Assembly (NCBI GenBank): GCA_000091205.1 | Contig: AP006497.2 | Length of the DNA stretch: 64,000 nt | Strand: one strand, 5' to 3' | Origin: Cyanidioschyzon merolae | Lineage: Eukaryota | Shown: positions 51,223 to 63,472 of the stretch, piece after piece | Layout: the number at the start of each line of letters is the position of its first letter | Numbering within the stretch: the stretch's first letter is position 1 | Translations under genes and position numbers: made by a program | The notes under the pieces: model-generated | Seen by the model: the letters and a program-made list of their open reading frames with translations, nothing else | The model's database searches: none | What the model was told of the DNA's origin: nothing

Positions 51223-53427
51223 CGGTTTCATGGGATGTTTATGAACATACGGAGCGCCTTTACAATCGATAAAGGTCATAGCGGTCAAGTATCTAGTGGT
51301 CGTTGATACCGATGATATTTGCCATGGCGAGCATGATGATGAGAATGAGCATCTTCACGCGATGGATGTGCGATGCATCATACAGTAGATCATGCGTTCG
51401 TCTACGTTGATCCGATAACGCTCATGTCAAAATACAGTTCGATGGGATCGGGTAGACAAGTCAGGTGTACGTCCTTAAATTTCATCTCTTCCCATTGTAA
51501 TAAACACCAGTCCGTGTCGGAGTTTTTTGCAACTGCTCACTTGTCGTCTCCCTCGTACCGCTGGCTTTCAATTAGCTGGTACCTCCTAGTCCTGCAGCTC
51601 GGTCGCCAACTCTTGAGAACTGTTTACCGCAGCGTTCAGGTCCGGTATTCTGCTGCTTACTCCTGTTGTGCACCAATTTCGTGCACAGACAAAGGTTGCG
51701 ATCTAGGCCTCACCTGCCATGTTCATCGTTCCTGTGCACATTTTTGGTGCGCTCGTCACTGCTGTGACACTTAGTTGTGGTCAGGTGCTTCCGTGTGACC
51801 GCCGCTTACGCTTCTTTGCGCGTCACCCTGTGGCGTATAAACGCTTGCCTTATCGCTCAGTGCATGCCCTCTACGGATACGGAAGGCGTCCACAGATTCC
51901 CGCATCCGTTTCTGGAACTCGAGCCATTTCCTGCGATCCTGGGCTTGTCATCGTCAATGCTTTCGGCGAGTACACTGTCTGCTGCATGCGCTAGCGCACA
52001 CTGTCCCAGGCAATACAGGGCTTATGGAACGCAATGTTGCCCGTGATGAGAAAAGTACCGGAAGTAAAATCCAAGCCGGAGAACAAGTAAGGAAAATTCG
52101 GTCCGCCTGTCCGCCGTTCGTGCAAGGCGACGATGCACGCTCCACTGGAAGCAAGCGCTGCGATGCCTAAACCACGAGTCGAGCAACCCTTTCCACGCAA
52201 CTAGAAGAGATCGAAGCCTCTGTGAGCACATCTCACGGGGTGTATCATGCTGCCGTCGAATCCTGACTTGTCGATGGCCACACAGTCAGGATGATTTATC
52301 ATTCGATCTGAACTGATTTTTCGACCTGAAAAGTTACGGGTACTTTCTGCATGAGCTTATAGAAAAGGCCGTTAACCAGTGGCGTCCAGTTTATGCCTTG
52401 TCAATCAAGCCGCGCAAATAGCTACGCCCGCGAATTGCCCTGAAACAAAAAATTCGAAAACCTGAATCACGCGTGATTTCAGCATGCTTCTCGCAAGGAA
52501 ACAGGATGATTCGAGCCGTGTCCATATGCATCGGATTCTGATATCCATCATTTCACGAATCCTTGTTCGAAGGTTTCCAACATCCTTTTGTTTTCCATAA
52601 CGCTACAAACTCCAGCTGCAAATCACGAAAGCAACCCCTCGAAAATTCAACAGAAAACCGGTTTGCGCATTCCTGAACTCGTTATGGATGAACCTCGATG
52701 TCGAGACTGTACATCTAGCAACCATTTCAAACAAAAATAGTTATTCATAGACAGCGCATGTATCTCGGTAAACATCGATCACAGGGATCCGCGGCGCGCG
52801 CGCTCGCTCGCGCATCTGGCACAATCGATCCAAACCTGCACGCACGCGATGCCAGGAGCGATACTGCCCCGCGATTCGACGCAGCGGCGATGCGCGGATT
52901 CCCAAGCAATATATCTGGCAGGGGCGCGGAGCGTTGCCGGTTGAACGCCGCCTCGGTCGGTGTGCTGCGTGGCGAAAGGCGGCAGCATGCAGCGCAGCGC
53001 CGCCTGCGCAGCACGGGACACGTGTACGAACGCCTCCGCTGCGCATCCGTTTTTTCGCGTAGTGCCTGCTCTGGACGCTTGCTGTGACGCGTCATAGACC
53101 CTGGGGCTTGCTCTCTCTGTCTCTCTCTGTGTGTGCGCGCGCTTGGGTGTGCCCTTGTGCTGTACAACTGTCGCCGTTACGTAGGTGAGTTGTCAGACCG
53201 TTGGCACGCGTTTGTGCGCGCGCGAGTCAACTGGTGTCCGCACAACGTTTCGGGTGAGACGCGTAGAGGCTGCTGAGCGGACGCGTGTGTATCTGCAAAC
53301 CTGCCCTGCGTGGCGCCTAGACTCGCGGGAGACACGCGTCTGGAACGGTGATCGACGTGGTGGAAGGAACGCGTGGTGCTGGTGCGTGAAGCTTGCGTGT
53401 TTTTCACGAGCTGCACCTGCGTGCGGA

Positions 53428-54789
53428 ATGCCGGCTGACTGCAGCGACCGGCCTTCAGCGGCAAGCGACGCGACAAACGGTTTGGAGCACAGGCACGATA
53501 GCCTCGTTTCCGAACCTGTAGTTCAGGACTCTGATCTCGCTGGAGGAAGCAGTGGAAGCTGTCCCGTCCCGACGGCACCGGTGAGCTCGTTGCAGTCGGA
53601 GTGCACCTCGGCGACCAAAAGCAGTGTGGGAGCACCGGCGAGCGATCCGCACCATGCCCGGGAGCTGGCGCTTGCAGACCTTGCGGAAAACGGCCCCAAC
53701 AACTTCGCACCTAACTCCAATGCAATCCACCAGACCATATCTTATTCAGCGGATCGTCTGATAGGCAACGGTTCCTTTGGCGTCGTTTTCCAGGCGACAG
53801 TGGTCGAGACCGGCGAGATCGTGGCCATCAAGAAAGTCATCCAGGACAAGCGGTACAAGAATCGGGAACTGCAGATTATGCGGATGCTCTCCCATCCAAA
53901 TATCGTAGAATTGAAACATTGCTTTTTCTCCTCCGGAGAAAAGACAGGGGAAGTGTGCCTCAACCTTGTGCTCGAGTACATACCCGAGACGGTCTACCGC
54001 ATTTCAAGGCACTACTCGAAACTACGCCAACCGATGCCGCTTTTGTACGTGCGTCTCTACGCATACCAACTACTTCGCGCCTTGGCCTATATCCACGACT
54101 TGAACATCGCACATCGCGACGTGAAACCGCAGAATCTCCTCGTCGAGCCGCGCACGCAAGTGCTCAAGTTATGCGATTTTGGGTCCGCCAAGGTTCTAGT
54201 ACCCGGAGAAAAATCCCTCTCCTACATAGTTTCACGCTTTTACCGGGCAATCGAGTTACTGATTGGTTCAGAAGACTATACGCCAGCGATTGACCTCTGG
54301 AGCGCAGGCTGCGTCATTGGGGAACTCCTGCTCGGGCGTCCGCTTTTCTGCGGTGAGTCGGGCCTCAGCCAGCTGATCGAAATCATCAAAGTTCTGGGCG
54401 CACCAACCGAGGAAGATCTCGTCGCGATGCGGAGCAAGCACAGTGACTTCAAAATTCCCCGGGTGCAGCCATTGACGCTTCGGCGTGTCTTCAAAGCACG
54501 CACGGACGCCGATGCTGTCGATCTGGTTAGCCAGTTGCTCGTCTACAATCCGCAGAAGCGGATTCGGGCGATGCAGGCGCTTGCGCATCCCTTTTTTGAC
54601 CCACTGCGCCAACTGGAAGCAGCCCTGCCGAACGGTCGTCCGTTACCGCCCCTGTTCAACTTCTCCCAACGAGAATGGGAAATCGCTGGAATCGACCTTG
54701 CTCATCGTATCCTTCCACGCGAGCACTTTGAAGCGGCGCTACGCATGTACGGGGTGTCTCGCCAGCGGGCGTCGGGCGCCTCCGCGTGA
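53428..54789 (+). CDS. Glycogen synthase kinase-3 (GSK3/shaggy)-like protein kinase
   Basis: [89 protein letters not shown] and [39 protein letters not shown] are strongly GSK3-like. The track start is GTG 53185; the first ATG is 53428. Confidence 0.9.
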   Translation: MPADCSDRPSAASDATNGLEHRHDSLVSEPVVQDSDLAGGSSGSCPVPTAPVSSLQSECTSATKSSVGAPASDPHHARELALADLAENGPNNFAPNSNAIHQTISYSADRLIGNGSFGVVFQATVVETGEIVAIKKVIQDKRYKNRELQIMRMLSHPNIVELKHCFFSSGEKTGEVCLNLVLEYIPETVYRISRHYSKLRQPMPLLYVRLYAYQLLRALAYIHDLNIAHRDVKPQNLLVEPRTQVLKLCDFGSAKVLVPGEKSLSYIVSRFYRAIELLIGSEDYTPAIDLWSAGCVIGELLLGRPLFCGESGLSQLIEIIKVLGAPTEEDLVAMRSKHSDFKIPRVQPLTLRRVFKARTDADAVDLVSQLLVYNPQKRIRAMQALAHPFFDPLRQLEAALPNGRPLPPLFNFSQREWEIAGIDLAHRILPREHFEAALRMYGVSRQRASGASA

Positions 54790-54922
54790 ACGGCGCCACT
54801 GGCTGGGTACCCAGACGCCGCGAAAACAACCGTATGCATGTTCGACGGCTGGACAGGGCATCGCGCTAGGTTGCCTTCGGATCCTCTGTAAAGTCTCTAA
54901 CCATCGCTGCGACGCGCAATGA

Positions 54923-57900
54923 TCATGGATTCTCTCCATGAGGTTCCAGGGATGTTGGAGGCGACTCGTACTCGCGCTCCGAGGGGTATCTGCTGGCATG
55001 CTGTTGCCACTTTCGAACAGAAGCAGCAGTTGCCAGCAGCAGCGTCCGCGTTCGTTCTTCGAGGCCCTGCTGGGTTTCTTTCGTAGCCAGGTACGCGGCA
55101 ACTTGGTCGACCTGCAGCGCGCCGCCTTCCACTGGCATCCAACAGAACGGAACCGCGTAGACGCGCAGGCTACCTCCGTGGCGATGTCCGCAGACCTCGT
55201 TTTCCCAAAACGTACGCAGCAACGCGTGGAACTTGACCAGCGAAAGCGTACCTGTTGCGTTCACGTCTGTTGCCGCCTCATCGGTGTCTTGCTTCAAGAG
55301 CGCGCGTAGGTAGCGAGCCTCCTGTTCTCCTCGTTGGTACTGGTAGGTACCGTGCTCTATCTCGGCCCAGAAGCGCGCACCCCGTTCGGGGAGGTTTCGA
55401 TCCGGCTCCTCTCGTTTCTCTGCCATCGCCTCCAGGTACGGCCGCAGGTCATCGACGCGCAGGCGCTGCAGCTGGTTCTGGTAAAAGTCGTGGAGAAAGC
55501 ACTCGAGCCGTTCGGCAACATGCCACGGCGGATGCCGCTCCGTCGACTGTACCAGGAAGAAGAGTCCCTGCGCTCCGCACCGGCGATACACAAAGTTGGA
55601 TACCACATAGCCCAGCTGTTGGACAGTGCGTAGCTCGTGGAACAGCGGCTTCTGGAGCAGGTTCGAGAGCACCTCTACCAAGAGATCCCGTTCCAGGGAG
55701 CGCACGCCCGTCTGCACATAGTATCCGAGGCTCGCATTCGACTCCGTTGCGTTTGGCAGTGGAATGAAGAGCCCCAGGGGCGAGAGCTCCGCAGGGATGC
55801 GCAACTGGTGGCACTCGAGTCGCCGGAGAAACTGACGAAGGTCGCCGACCTCTGGACGCAAACACGGCTGGACAATCGCCATGCAGCGATCAAAAAGCAG
55901 TCTTGCTTCGTCTTCGGTCACATTGCCATGGAGAAGCGCTTCGACGACGAGGTTGCGCATGGAGCACCCAGGCGCCCCGGATGCACCACCGAACAGTGTC
56001 GTTCGGAATGCGTCGACGCTTTCCAGAGAGAAACGTTCGGTCCCAGCTGATGACGCTTCCCGCAACAACGAGAGATAGTCCCAGGTCGCGTGCCAGTGCG
56101 GTAGCTGCAGCAGCACGCGTGTGTTGTACATTACCTGCTGATACGGTTTCTGCAAGGCAGCATCCTCGTAAGAGCGTCGCAGACGATCCAGATGCGCGTC
56201 CAGGAGCCGCTGACGAATCTCCGTCGACTGCTTGACATCCTCGCCTGAGCAGGTTGCTGCAGCGGTGCGGAAAACATGCTCGGTGAAGCGGATGAAGGTA
56301 TCGGCGAAGCCGCTGAGACCAAGGAAAACACCCGTTGCTGTGGGCGTGAGTGTATACGACATGCCCGCGAGTTCGGCATCGTACGCACTCGCTGTGAGCG
56401 CATCTTCAATGAGAGCTATCGCTAGTTTCGTGAAAATGGCCTGCTCAGGGCTCGCGTACGCCATATCTGTGTAGAGTTGAAAGAAGGCCTGAATTCGTGG
56501 CTGCCGAAAACTCGTATCCAGGCTGTGGTGGAGCACCCGACCTTGGGCCTCATCCAAGAGAAGGCAGCGAGGCAACGGCTGCTGACCGTTTGCGTCGGCC
56601 GCAGCGGTTCCCGCAGCCGGTGCTACCTTCAAGCTGAAAGAACGCGGCATGAACGGGTTCGGAAGCGGTACGTGGAGCGCACGCGCAGCGGGTGTCTCTG
56701 AGTACCAAGCGGCTGCTGGCATGGTGCCCGTCAGGTAACGCGTCTGGTACCAAGGCTCCAGGCCGTGCACTAGCTGCGTGGATTCCAGCCCATAAGCCTC
56801 AGGCTGCTGATACATTTCAGTGGTCACCAGAAAAACGATCGCCTGTTCAGGGCACATGTGCTCAGAGAGAAGCTCCCGCAGCGCACAGGCGGATGGACGA
56901 TCCCAGTAGAGAAACGGCCCCGCCAGCACGTCCTCTGGATCAAAGACGCGGAGTGAGGAACTCAGCTCCACAACAGCCTGGAATGGTGAGGACTCTCGCT
57001 CCTGGTATCGAAAGTGGATCTCGCCAAGTAACTGCAGTTCCTCGTAGATGTAGGAAGGCAAGTCGGCGTCGAGGATATCTCCGGGCCCCAGCAGAGTACG
57101 CAGTAGGCGCAAGTAGGCACCTACTAGACTCAGCGTTTGTTGCCAGTGAACAAGGCCCCGCTCGGTAAGTGCGATATCGATGTCAAAAAACGCGATGCCC
57201 GTTAATTCCCAAGAGACGCCCGCACTGAGGGCAGTGGCGAACCCGTGCTCCTTTAGCGCGGCGAGCAGCGAGCCATTCGACTCATGTCCCAGGAGGTGTG
57301 CAAGACAGTGTGCCGGCTTTGTGCGATACAGCGGCCGTTGCGGCGGTATCGTGAAGACGATGCGCATCTCCCGGAGCGCCTTCACCGGTTCCACGACATA
57401 AAGTTTGCCTTGGGGTTGGTGGTCCTCTCGAAAGAGTGGCTGATGCGCATAGGACGCGGCTGGCGCCTTCTGGAGGGCACGCGGCACCTCTCCGAATAGC
57501 GACCAAACAGCGGACTGCATTTCCGCCATCGTCTGGTGCGCGGTAAAACTGACGCATAAACACATGAGGTCAGCGCCATAGTACTGACGATGAAATTCGC
57601 AAAGTGCTTCCCGAACGCTTTCCTGGCTTTCAACGACCGCAGCTGGTAGGCAGGTTGGTGCTTGGTGCGGTTCTGCTGCGGCTTCTGCTGCTGCTGCTGC
57701 TGCTGCTGATGCGGACCCCAGAAGCGTCTCGCGGTTGCCCGTTCCAAAGTTGTGAAAGGGATGCACGGGGTCCGTGAGCGATTTGAGTAGTTGGAAAAGG
57801 CGATGGGTATCACTCTGAATATTCATGCGATACTCGGCATCGACAGCATCTACTTCACGCCCGACCGCGGCTTTGTGGAAGCGAGGGTGTAGGAAGCACT

Positions 57901-58351
57901 GTGCAAAGCGATCGAGTGTCTCCAGCAGCTGCTCGGGTCCGATTTCGAAGGCGTAGTTCGTCTCCTCTAATGAAGTGAAGGCATTTGCGTGCCCACCGTG
58001 ACGAGCGATGTGCTCATGATAGGCTCCTTCGTCAGGGTATTTGTCCGAGCCCAGAAAACACATGTGTTCACAGAAATGTGCCAGGCCAGGATACGAGGGC
58101 GGGTCCTGCATGTGACCAACGCCTACCGACATGGAGGCGGCAGCGCGGTTGGCCTTGGGATCTTGGATGAGAAGCACCTGCAAGTTGTTCGAGGCGAGTC
58201 GGAAATAGCAGTAGCTGCGTTCATCGATATCGGGTTTGCGGGGCCACTTGAACACAGTGACACCTTCAGGAGGCTCCGTGGCGGTACGGCAGGGCTCGAT
58301 GGAGCGCTGCGGTGCCGGCTGAACGGCGGGGTTTGAGGTAGGATCACTCAT
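54923..58351 (-). CDS. M16 family zinc metallopeptidase (insulinase/nardilysin-like, inverted HxxEH zincin)
   Basis: ATG at 58351. GLAHFCEHMCFLGSDKYPDEGAYHEHIARHGGHANAFTSLEETNY contains the HxxEH...E zinc-binding signature. The 1142-aa length fits a four-domain M16A enzyme. The N-terminal poly-Gln/Ala run comes from (GCT)n at 57684-57709. Confidence 0.85.
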   Translation of the reverse strand: MSDPTSNPAVQPAPQRSIEPCRTATEPPEGVTVFKWPRKPDIDERSYCYFRLASNNLQVLLIQDPKANRAAASMSVGVGHMQDPPSYPGLAHFCEHMCFLGSDKYPDEGAYHEHIARHGGHANAFTSLEETNYAFEIGPEQLLETLDRFAQCFLHPRFHKAAVGREVDAVDAEYRMNIQSDTHRLFQLLKSLTDPVHPFHNFGTGNRETLLGSASAAAAAAAEAAAEPHQAPTCLPAAVVESQESVREALCEFHRQYYGADLMCLCVSFTAHQTMAEMQSAVWSLFGEVPRALQKAPAASYAHQPLFREDHQPQGKLYVVEPVKALREMRIVFTIPPQRPLYRTKPAHCLAHLLGHESNGSLLAALKEHGFATALSAGVSWELTGIAFFDIDIALTERGLVHWQQTLSLVGAYLRLLRTLLGPGDILDADLPSYIYEELQLLGEIHFRYQERESSPFQAVVELSSSLRVFDPEDVLAGPFLYWDRPSACALRELLSEHMCPEQAIVFLVTTEMYQQPEAYGLESTQLVHGLEPWYQTRYLTGTMPAAAWYSETPAARALHVPLPNPFMPRSFSLKVAPAAGTAAADANGQQPLPRCLLLDEAQGRVLHHSLDTSFRQPRIQAFFQLYTDMAYASPEQAIFTKLAIALIEDALTASAYDAELAGMSYTLTPTATGVFLGLSGFADTFIRFTEHVFRTAAATCSGEDVKQSTEIRQRLLDAHLDRLRRSYEDAALQKPYQQVMYNTRVLLQLPHWHATWDYLSLLREASSAGTERFSLESVDAFRTTLFGGASGAPGCSMRNLVVEALLHGNVTEDEARLLFDRCMAIVQPCLRPEVGDLRQFLRRLECHQLRIPAELSPLGLFIPLPNATESNASLGYYVQTGVRSLERDLLVEVLSNLLQKPLFHELRTVQQLGYVVSNFVYRRCGAQGLFFLVQSTERHPPWHVAERLECFLHDFYQNQLQRLRVDDLRPYLEAMAEKREEPDRNLPERGARFWAEIEHGTYQYQRGEQEARYLRALLKQDTDEAATDVNATGTLSLVKFHALLRTFWENEVCGHRHGGSLRVYAVPFCWMPVEGGALQVDQVAAYLATKETQQGLEERTRTLLLATAASVRKWQQHASRYPSEREYESPPTSLEPHGENP

Positions 58352-58360
58352 GGCTATGAC

Positions 58361-58660
58361 AGCAAACAGAGCCAGGCGAGTCCTTCAATGTTAGAGAAGT
58401 TTTCCGCGAATCCGATCAGGGCCTGGTGGGTCCTTCTACCGTAGTGTCGTGACCGCCGACTGCAAACAAAGCCAGGCGAGTCTTCGAGACTTTGCGTAGT
58501 CTTCCGCGTTGTCGACAAAAGCCAGACAGCTCTCGCAATCTTACGGTCCTCTTCCGCGCCCTCAAACGGAGTCAGGCGGATCTTTACGTCGCAGTGTAGT
58601 TACCTGCGACGATGAATAGAGCCAGGCGAATACCCTTTTTTCTGACGTTTTCACTCACGA
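58361..58660. repeat. Six tandem degenerate 50-bp units with core AGCCAGGCGAGTC, in the 5' leader/promoter of the M16 peptidase gene
   Basis: Core occurrences at 58369, 58419 (degenerate: cagggcctggtgggtcc), 58469, 58519, 58569 and 58619, in exact 50-bp register. Each unit begins with a (g)caaac/(t)caaac-like stretch. Confidence 0.7.
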
Positions 58661-60992
58661 GCAGGCACCGGGCCGACGCGCAATGGTGCAGTGTGCTTCT
58701 CACTCTATGCTCACGAGCACGCGAAGGCAACTCATGAAGCGGCAGTTTGTTTTCGAAGTGTGTTCACTCGGGGGTACGAAATCTCCGCCTCGCACTTGAT
58801 TTGACCAGGTCGAAACAGTGGGCATTATGCTGGGAGCATTCTACGCTGGAATCTGTATACCAGCACCTCATTGTTTTTGTTTGTTTTCTACCAGCTGTTG
58901 AACAAACCCGGAGTATCCTGTGGATCGGAGAATAGCTGCGGAAAGACGATACGCGGTCACTGGTGGCTTACGAAGGACCGCGTTGCTTCGGCAAGCCAAT
59001 TATTCTACTATTAGCAGGTAGGTGAAGCTCCTGTCACGCAGTCCTCATTCAGAACGTCGCGTACCTAAACCAGAACTTGATTAACTCGATGAATATGAAT
59101 GCCTCTTCCTCGATCTTTTCCACTCGATAGATTCCCCAAGAAATGCTACCGAACAAGGCTAAGGATGCAAAGTCTTCGCACCGTGGATACGACCGGTGAT
59201 TACCAGACACGAATGTACTGGAAACAAATCGCGTTTCTATGGAGGAGTATCGCGCATTGACCAAGTACCTATCGATCTCGTACCGAGTCGCTAACGCTTA
59301 CTACATGGCGGGACGGATGCTCGCCAACTGTGGGGAGCATTCACCTGCGAGAAACGATAGACCTGTCCATAGGCTGGCAAAGAGCAGCAAACCGCTGTTC
59401 AGAAAGCAGAGGCAAGGAGCCTCTACAAAAGCGTCACCCCAAGCGCCGATTTCATCCTGTGTACGCCAACCAAGCGCCAAATGCATGGGATCATTCACCA
59501 TCTCGTCCTTCATCGAAGCGATTCGTGGCTTCTGTTTCCCACATGCCTCTGTCCAGGGCGTAGAACGTGTGGCTCCCGATTACCCAGAAGCGGTCGGCGA
59601 GTAGGCAGCTGAAATCCGCGTCGAGCTGCTGTTCCTGCTAGCCTCTTCTTTCTCGGTACGTCCGGTCAAAGGAGTCTTGTTTTTCGTGAAACACCGACTC
59701 GAAGCTCACCGATCCATCAATGAGTCGTGCCCATCTGGGACACACTTCCTCGATGAATCGCTCTTCGACATGTCGTTCTTGATGTCACCTGGCCCTGAAG
59801 TGGTGTGTTGCACCTCTGGTCATGCACTGGAGGGAGTGGTATGAGGCGCCTCGGTCCACGGGCGTGCTCGCGACCGAGAAGGTAGCAAAGAGGTATTCGA
59901 CGAGTCGCACGTATGCATACTTATAGAGAAAGCAAGTTTCGGTTCTACCTCTCACCCAATAAGACTGAATCCCGACGGAAACGAACCGATGTAGAGGGTA
60001 CCGATCACGGCTATGCTACCGCGCCAGGTAGCGGGGAAGAAGAGATCGGACAAGGAAGAAAAAAGATCCTCACGAAAAGAGGACAATAGGAGGCAGGAAG
60101 GAAAAACACGTCGGATCGGAACCATCAGTTTGCTGTCGTCGTTAATGACTTGCTAATACAACACAACAACGAGAAGAATCTTTTGAAGCGTGCGATGCAG
60201 GTCGCCAGGCGCGATCGCGTAGCTTCGAACTCGACAAGTCTCGCGGAGCGTCTCCCGCCTTGCCGCGCATCGTCGAGCATCTAATCCAGGGCACCCGGAC
60301 ACCCAGCGCTGCTACCTGTCCACATGGTTCTCGGAATCTTTCGATCAAACCTTCATGCGATCATACAGTTCATGTTCACGACAGAACATGTCGTACGGTA
60401 TGATCCAAGGATCGGAAGTTTGCATACTCACACACATAGACAGTCACGCTTCCCAGTGTACCTTGAGCGGTCGCCACACCACCTCAGCGACTGGAACCTT
60501 AATAGCACAGATACCAAACAGGATCAAACCATGCCCAGCCGCTCCTACACCAGACGTCTGGGGACAGAGGCGCAAAGCAATGCTCGGATGCACGTCGCAC
60601 CCGATGACATCATCGATCTCATTCGAAACAAGGAGCATCTCACGAACGGGGCGCTCTATCCATGCGGCATACTGAAAAAATAACACAAAAAAGTAAGACA
60701 AGAAAAATGCGCATCCTCGGAGAACGCTGGCTTAAGGAAACGTTTTGTCCATGAGAAAAAAATCCATGCGGCATCATCGCGGCGGACTGCTGCACACACG
60801 TTGCGCCGAGACGCCAACGCGCCCCTGCGAATCGATCGTCGCGGATACGCCGCCGCCCGGCAGGCCGCAGCGGCGCCCGGCAGGAGATCGGATCTACGGG
60901 CGAGGCGCGGGTAGCCCGCAGGTCCCCGCAGTCGTAGCACGAGGCGTTGTCGTCACTGGTGCTGGCGAAGGTCTGCTTTCACTGGGCTCTTG

Positions 60993-62201
60993 ATGATAGG
61001 CTCACACGGTGAACGCGCTATTTCCATGCCTCCTCGACCTGTGCGTACCGTACTACGACGCTCCGTGGAGTTTAGTCTTTGTGCTGTTGGCATCTACGCA
61101 ACGTACCTGGGCTATGGCGTGCTGCACGAGCGGCTGTACTGGCGGCTTTACCGGACGCGTGATGGAGCAGCATACGACCGCTTCCGATACCCTCTCTTTC
61201 TTGTCTTCTGGCAGTGCCTGTGTAACGCAAGCGTCTCGTTTTTTTCTCGGAAAATCGCGCGGAGCACGCCTCACGACGAGCGTCTGCGGTTCAATGAAAA
61301 ACGACGTTTGTACAGCGCGGGAAGCGCAGCGTCGAGCCGTTTCTATGCGTTGGTTGCGGCGTGCCATGTGGTCGCCATGTGCTGTGCTTTCGGCGCACTG
61401 ATTTACGTTCCGTATCCTCTGCAAGTCCTCGCCAAGAGCAGTAAAATGATCCCAATCATGCTCACTGGAGCCGCGATGCGACGAAAGCGATACACCCGCA
61501 CCGAGATCATCCGCGTACTTTTGATCACGTTCGGTGTGGTGCAGTTCTCTCGGCAGCGGCACTCGAAGGAAAGTACTTTCCGACAGGCAGCAGTTCCAGG
61601 TCCGCAGTCAGGCGGTGGCCACCAGAGGCACCTGGGATGGGCGTTGCTCCTCATGAGCCTCGTTATGGACGGGATCGTAGGGCCGCTGCAAGAGCATACG
61701 CGCGCCCTCTTTGATGTTGAGGCGATTCACTTCATGTTTGCGCAGAATTCCTGGGCTACGTTCTGGATGACGTTGGTCCTGCTGGCGACAGGCCAGGGTG
61801 TTGCTGCATGGAGCTTTCTCCGAACACACCCGAGTGTCTGGCGAGACCTGTTCGGTTTCGGTCTGCTGAGTGCAATGGGACAACATTTTGTCTTCTACGT
61901 CGTTTGTCATTTTTCCGCACTCACTTTGGCGATGATCACGACAACTCGGAAACTCTTTTCTGTCCTGTTGAGCATTGTGGTATTTGCGCACAGGCTCTCC
62001 GTTGGTCAGGCCCTAGGGATGTGTTGCGCGTTCGCAGGATTGCTCTGGGAAGCGATAGCGAGTTTGGCCACGCGGAACGTGGCGGGCAGTGCGCTCAGCG
62101 GCAAGTGCTCGAGTTCTGTGCCAGGGGCGCAGGAGAAACAGGCCAGTGGAGCGAGTTGCAGAAACACGAGTACGTCTGTACATGTCGGCGAAGAGGGCTA
62201 G
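60993..62201 (+). CDS. SLC35B-like nucleotide-sugar/PAPS transporter (UAA transporter family)
   Basis: N-terminal LCAVGIYATYLGYGVLHERLY resembles the SLC35B signature (C..G...SYL..G.LQE.I). There are multiple hydrophobic helices. The track start is TTG 60990; ATG at 60993. Confidence 0.6.
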   Translation: MIGSHGERAISMPPRPVRTVLRRSVEFSLCAVGIYATYLGYGVLHERLYWRLYRTRDGAAYDRFRYPLFLVFWQCLCNASVSFFSRKIARSTPHDERLRFNEKRRLYSAGSAASSRFYALVAACHVVAMCCAFGALIYVPYPLQVLAKSSKMIPIMLTGAAMRRKRYTRTEIIRVLLITFGVVQFSRQRHSKESTFRQAAVPGPQSGGGHQRHLGWALLLMSLVMDGIVGPLQEHTRALFDVEAIHFMFAQNSWATFWMTLVLLATGQGVAAWSFLRTHPSVWRDLFGFGLLSAMGQHFVFYVVCHFSALTLAMITTTRKLFSVLLSIVVFAHRLSVGQALGMCCAFAGLLWEAIASLATRNVAGSALSGKCSSSVPGAQEKQASGASCRNTSTSVHVGEEG

Positions 62202-62467
62202 CGTTTAGAAACATGGGAGGTCGCTCGAACGCCATGAGCTGCGTCGAGACACCAGCGGTTGCGAGCGACGGTCCCGGATCTCGCGGTGGTGTACCCATTA
62301 CAGCGGATACTCAATTTGGCAGACGCGAAGGCACCCCGAGTTCGATCATTGAACGGAGATATCTACATTCAGCAGCATGTATGCCGGGGGATTTGTCTGC
62401 GACGCTCACCTGAGCAGCCTGGACACGTCCCAACAAACCTCGTCATTCACGGGATTGGATGCTCTTG

Positions 62468-63472
62468 TCACAGCGGATCGCAGCAGGTGTTCATACCGCA
62501 TTCAGCACTGGTTACCGACGAGGTTACATCCTCAATCAGCAACTCTTCTTGATCAACTTGATCCCAGAACCCAGCCTGTTCGAGCACGAGTTCACGTTTC
62601 AAGGCCGGACTGCGTCCGGGCGGGTGGCGCACCCGTGCGTGCACCGTCGCATGAGACACGCGCGTCTGCTCCTGGAGCAGGTTCGACGCCTCATTTCCTG
62701 TCGTCACTGCCGACGGTGTCAACTTGTCCGAAGAGCGCTCATTGATTGGTGACGCTTTCGCGCTGCGCAGCCGACGCGCCCGCGACTTGCGCGCCTGTAC
62801 AGACGGCGCTCCAGTCGTCGACGACGCGGATAAGCGCTTCGGCTCCAGCCGCTCTGTAGTGCTCGACCTCAGGTTTGACTCGGGTACCTCGGCGTTGGGC
62901 TCGAAAACGGAGCTCCCGATATTTTTTCGAAAGCGACGCTCAAACGTAACAAGCTCTTCTTCGGTGCTCGTTGGCGTGCTCAAAGAAATGATTTCGACGC
63001 TTTTGTCGCTGTCGTTTCCAGAAGGCTCTGGTGCGCCCGACGTCAACTGCCTCAGACCGTCTCCTGCCGTTATCGCGTCGACAGGTTTTCCAGGACTAAT
63101 ATTTGCTTCTAACGTCGCGTTAACCGCCTTCGTGGACGTAAGAAGGCGAGCCTTCTTGACTTGGGTCGCACGCGCCTGTGAGAGGCGCCCCCGAGCGTCT
63201 GCACCACGCTGTGCCTCGCGGTTACGCAGGTGTTCGACGTCGCCCGTCACGTCCGCCAGGGGTTGCCTGCTCCCGGCCACTCGCTTGGGAGAAGAGGGCT
63301 GCGTTGAACGGCGCTTACGGCGAGCGCGCTGCATGCTAAGCAAAACCCAACGCTGCGGATACGAGAGCCGTAGCGGAAGCCCGACAATGTCGAAGTGTGC
63401 GCGCACGGATCGCGCCAGAGCGTCCCGATGCCGAATTTGTTTTCTGTTCGACAACGGCATCTTTATACGCAT
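62468..63472 (-). CDS. Hypothetical basic, low-complexity protein
   Basis: A 354-codon ORF whose track start is GTG 63532; the first ATG is 63472. No recognisable domain. An antisense ORF of similar length (62724..63644) overlaps it, so coding status is uncertain. Confidence 0.25.
   Translation of the reverse strand: MRIKMPLSNRKQIRHRDALARSVRAHFDIVGLPLRLSYPQRWVLLSMQRARRKRRSTQPSSPKRVAGSRQPLADVTGDVEHLRNREAQRGADARGRLSQARATQVKKARLLTSTKAVNATLEANISPGKPVDAITAGDGLRQLTSGAPEPSGNDSDKSVEIISLSTPTSTEEELVTFERRFRKNIGSSVFEPNAEVPESNLRSSTTERLEPKRLSASSTTGAPSVQARKSRARRLRSAKASPINERSSDKLTPSAVTTGNEASNLLQEQTRVSHATVHARVRHPPGRSPALKRELVLEQAGFWDQVDQEELLIEDVTSSVTSAECGMNTCCDPL

Noticed and set aside
58361-58660. Tandem 50-bp repeats as a CRISPR array
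   Set aside because: The units are degenerate copies of one another with no unique spacers. The context is eukaryotic nuclear, directly abutting a start codon. This is a promoter or 5'-leader tandem repeat, not CRISPR.
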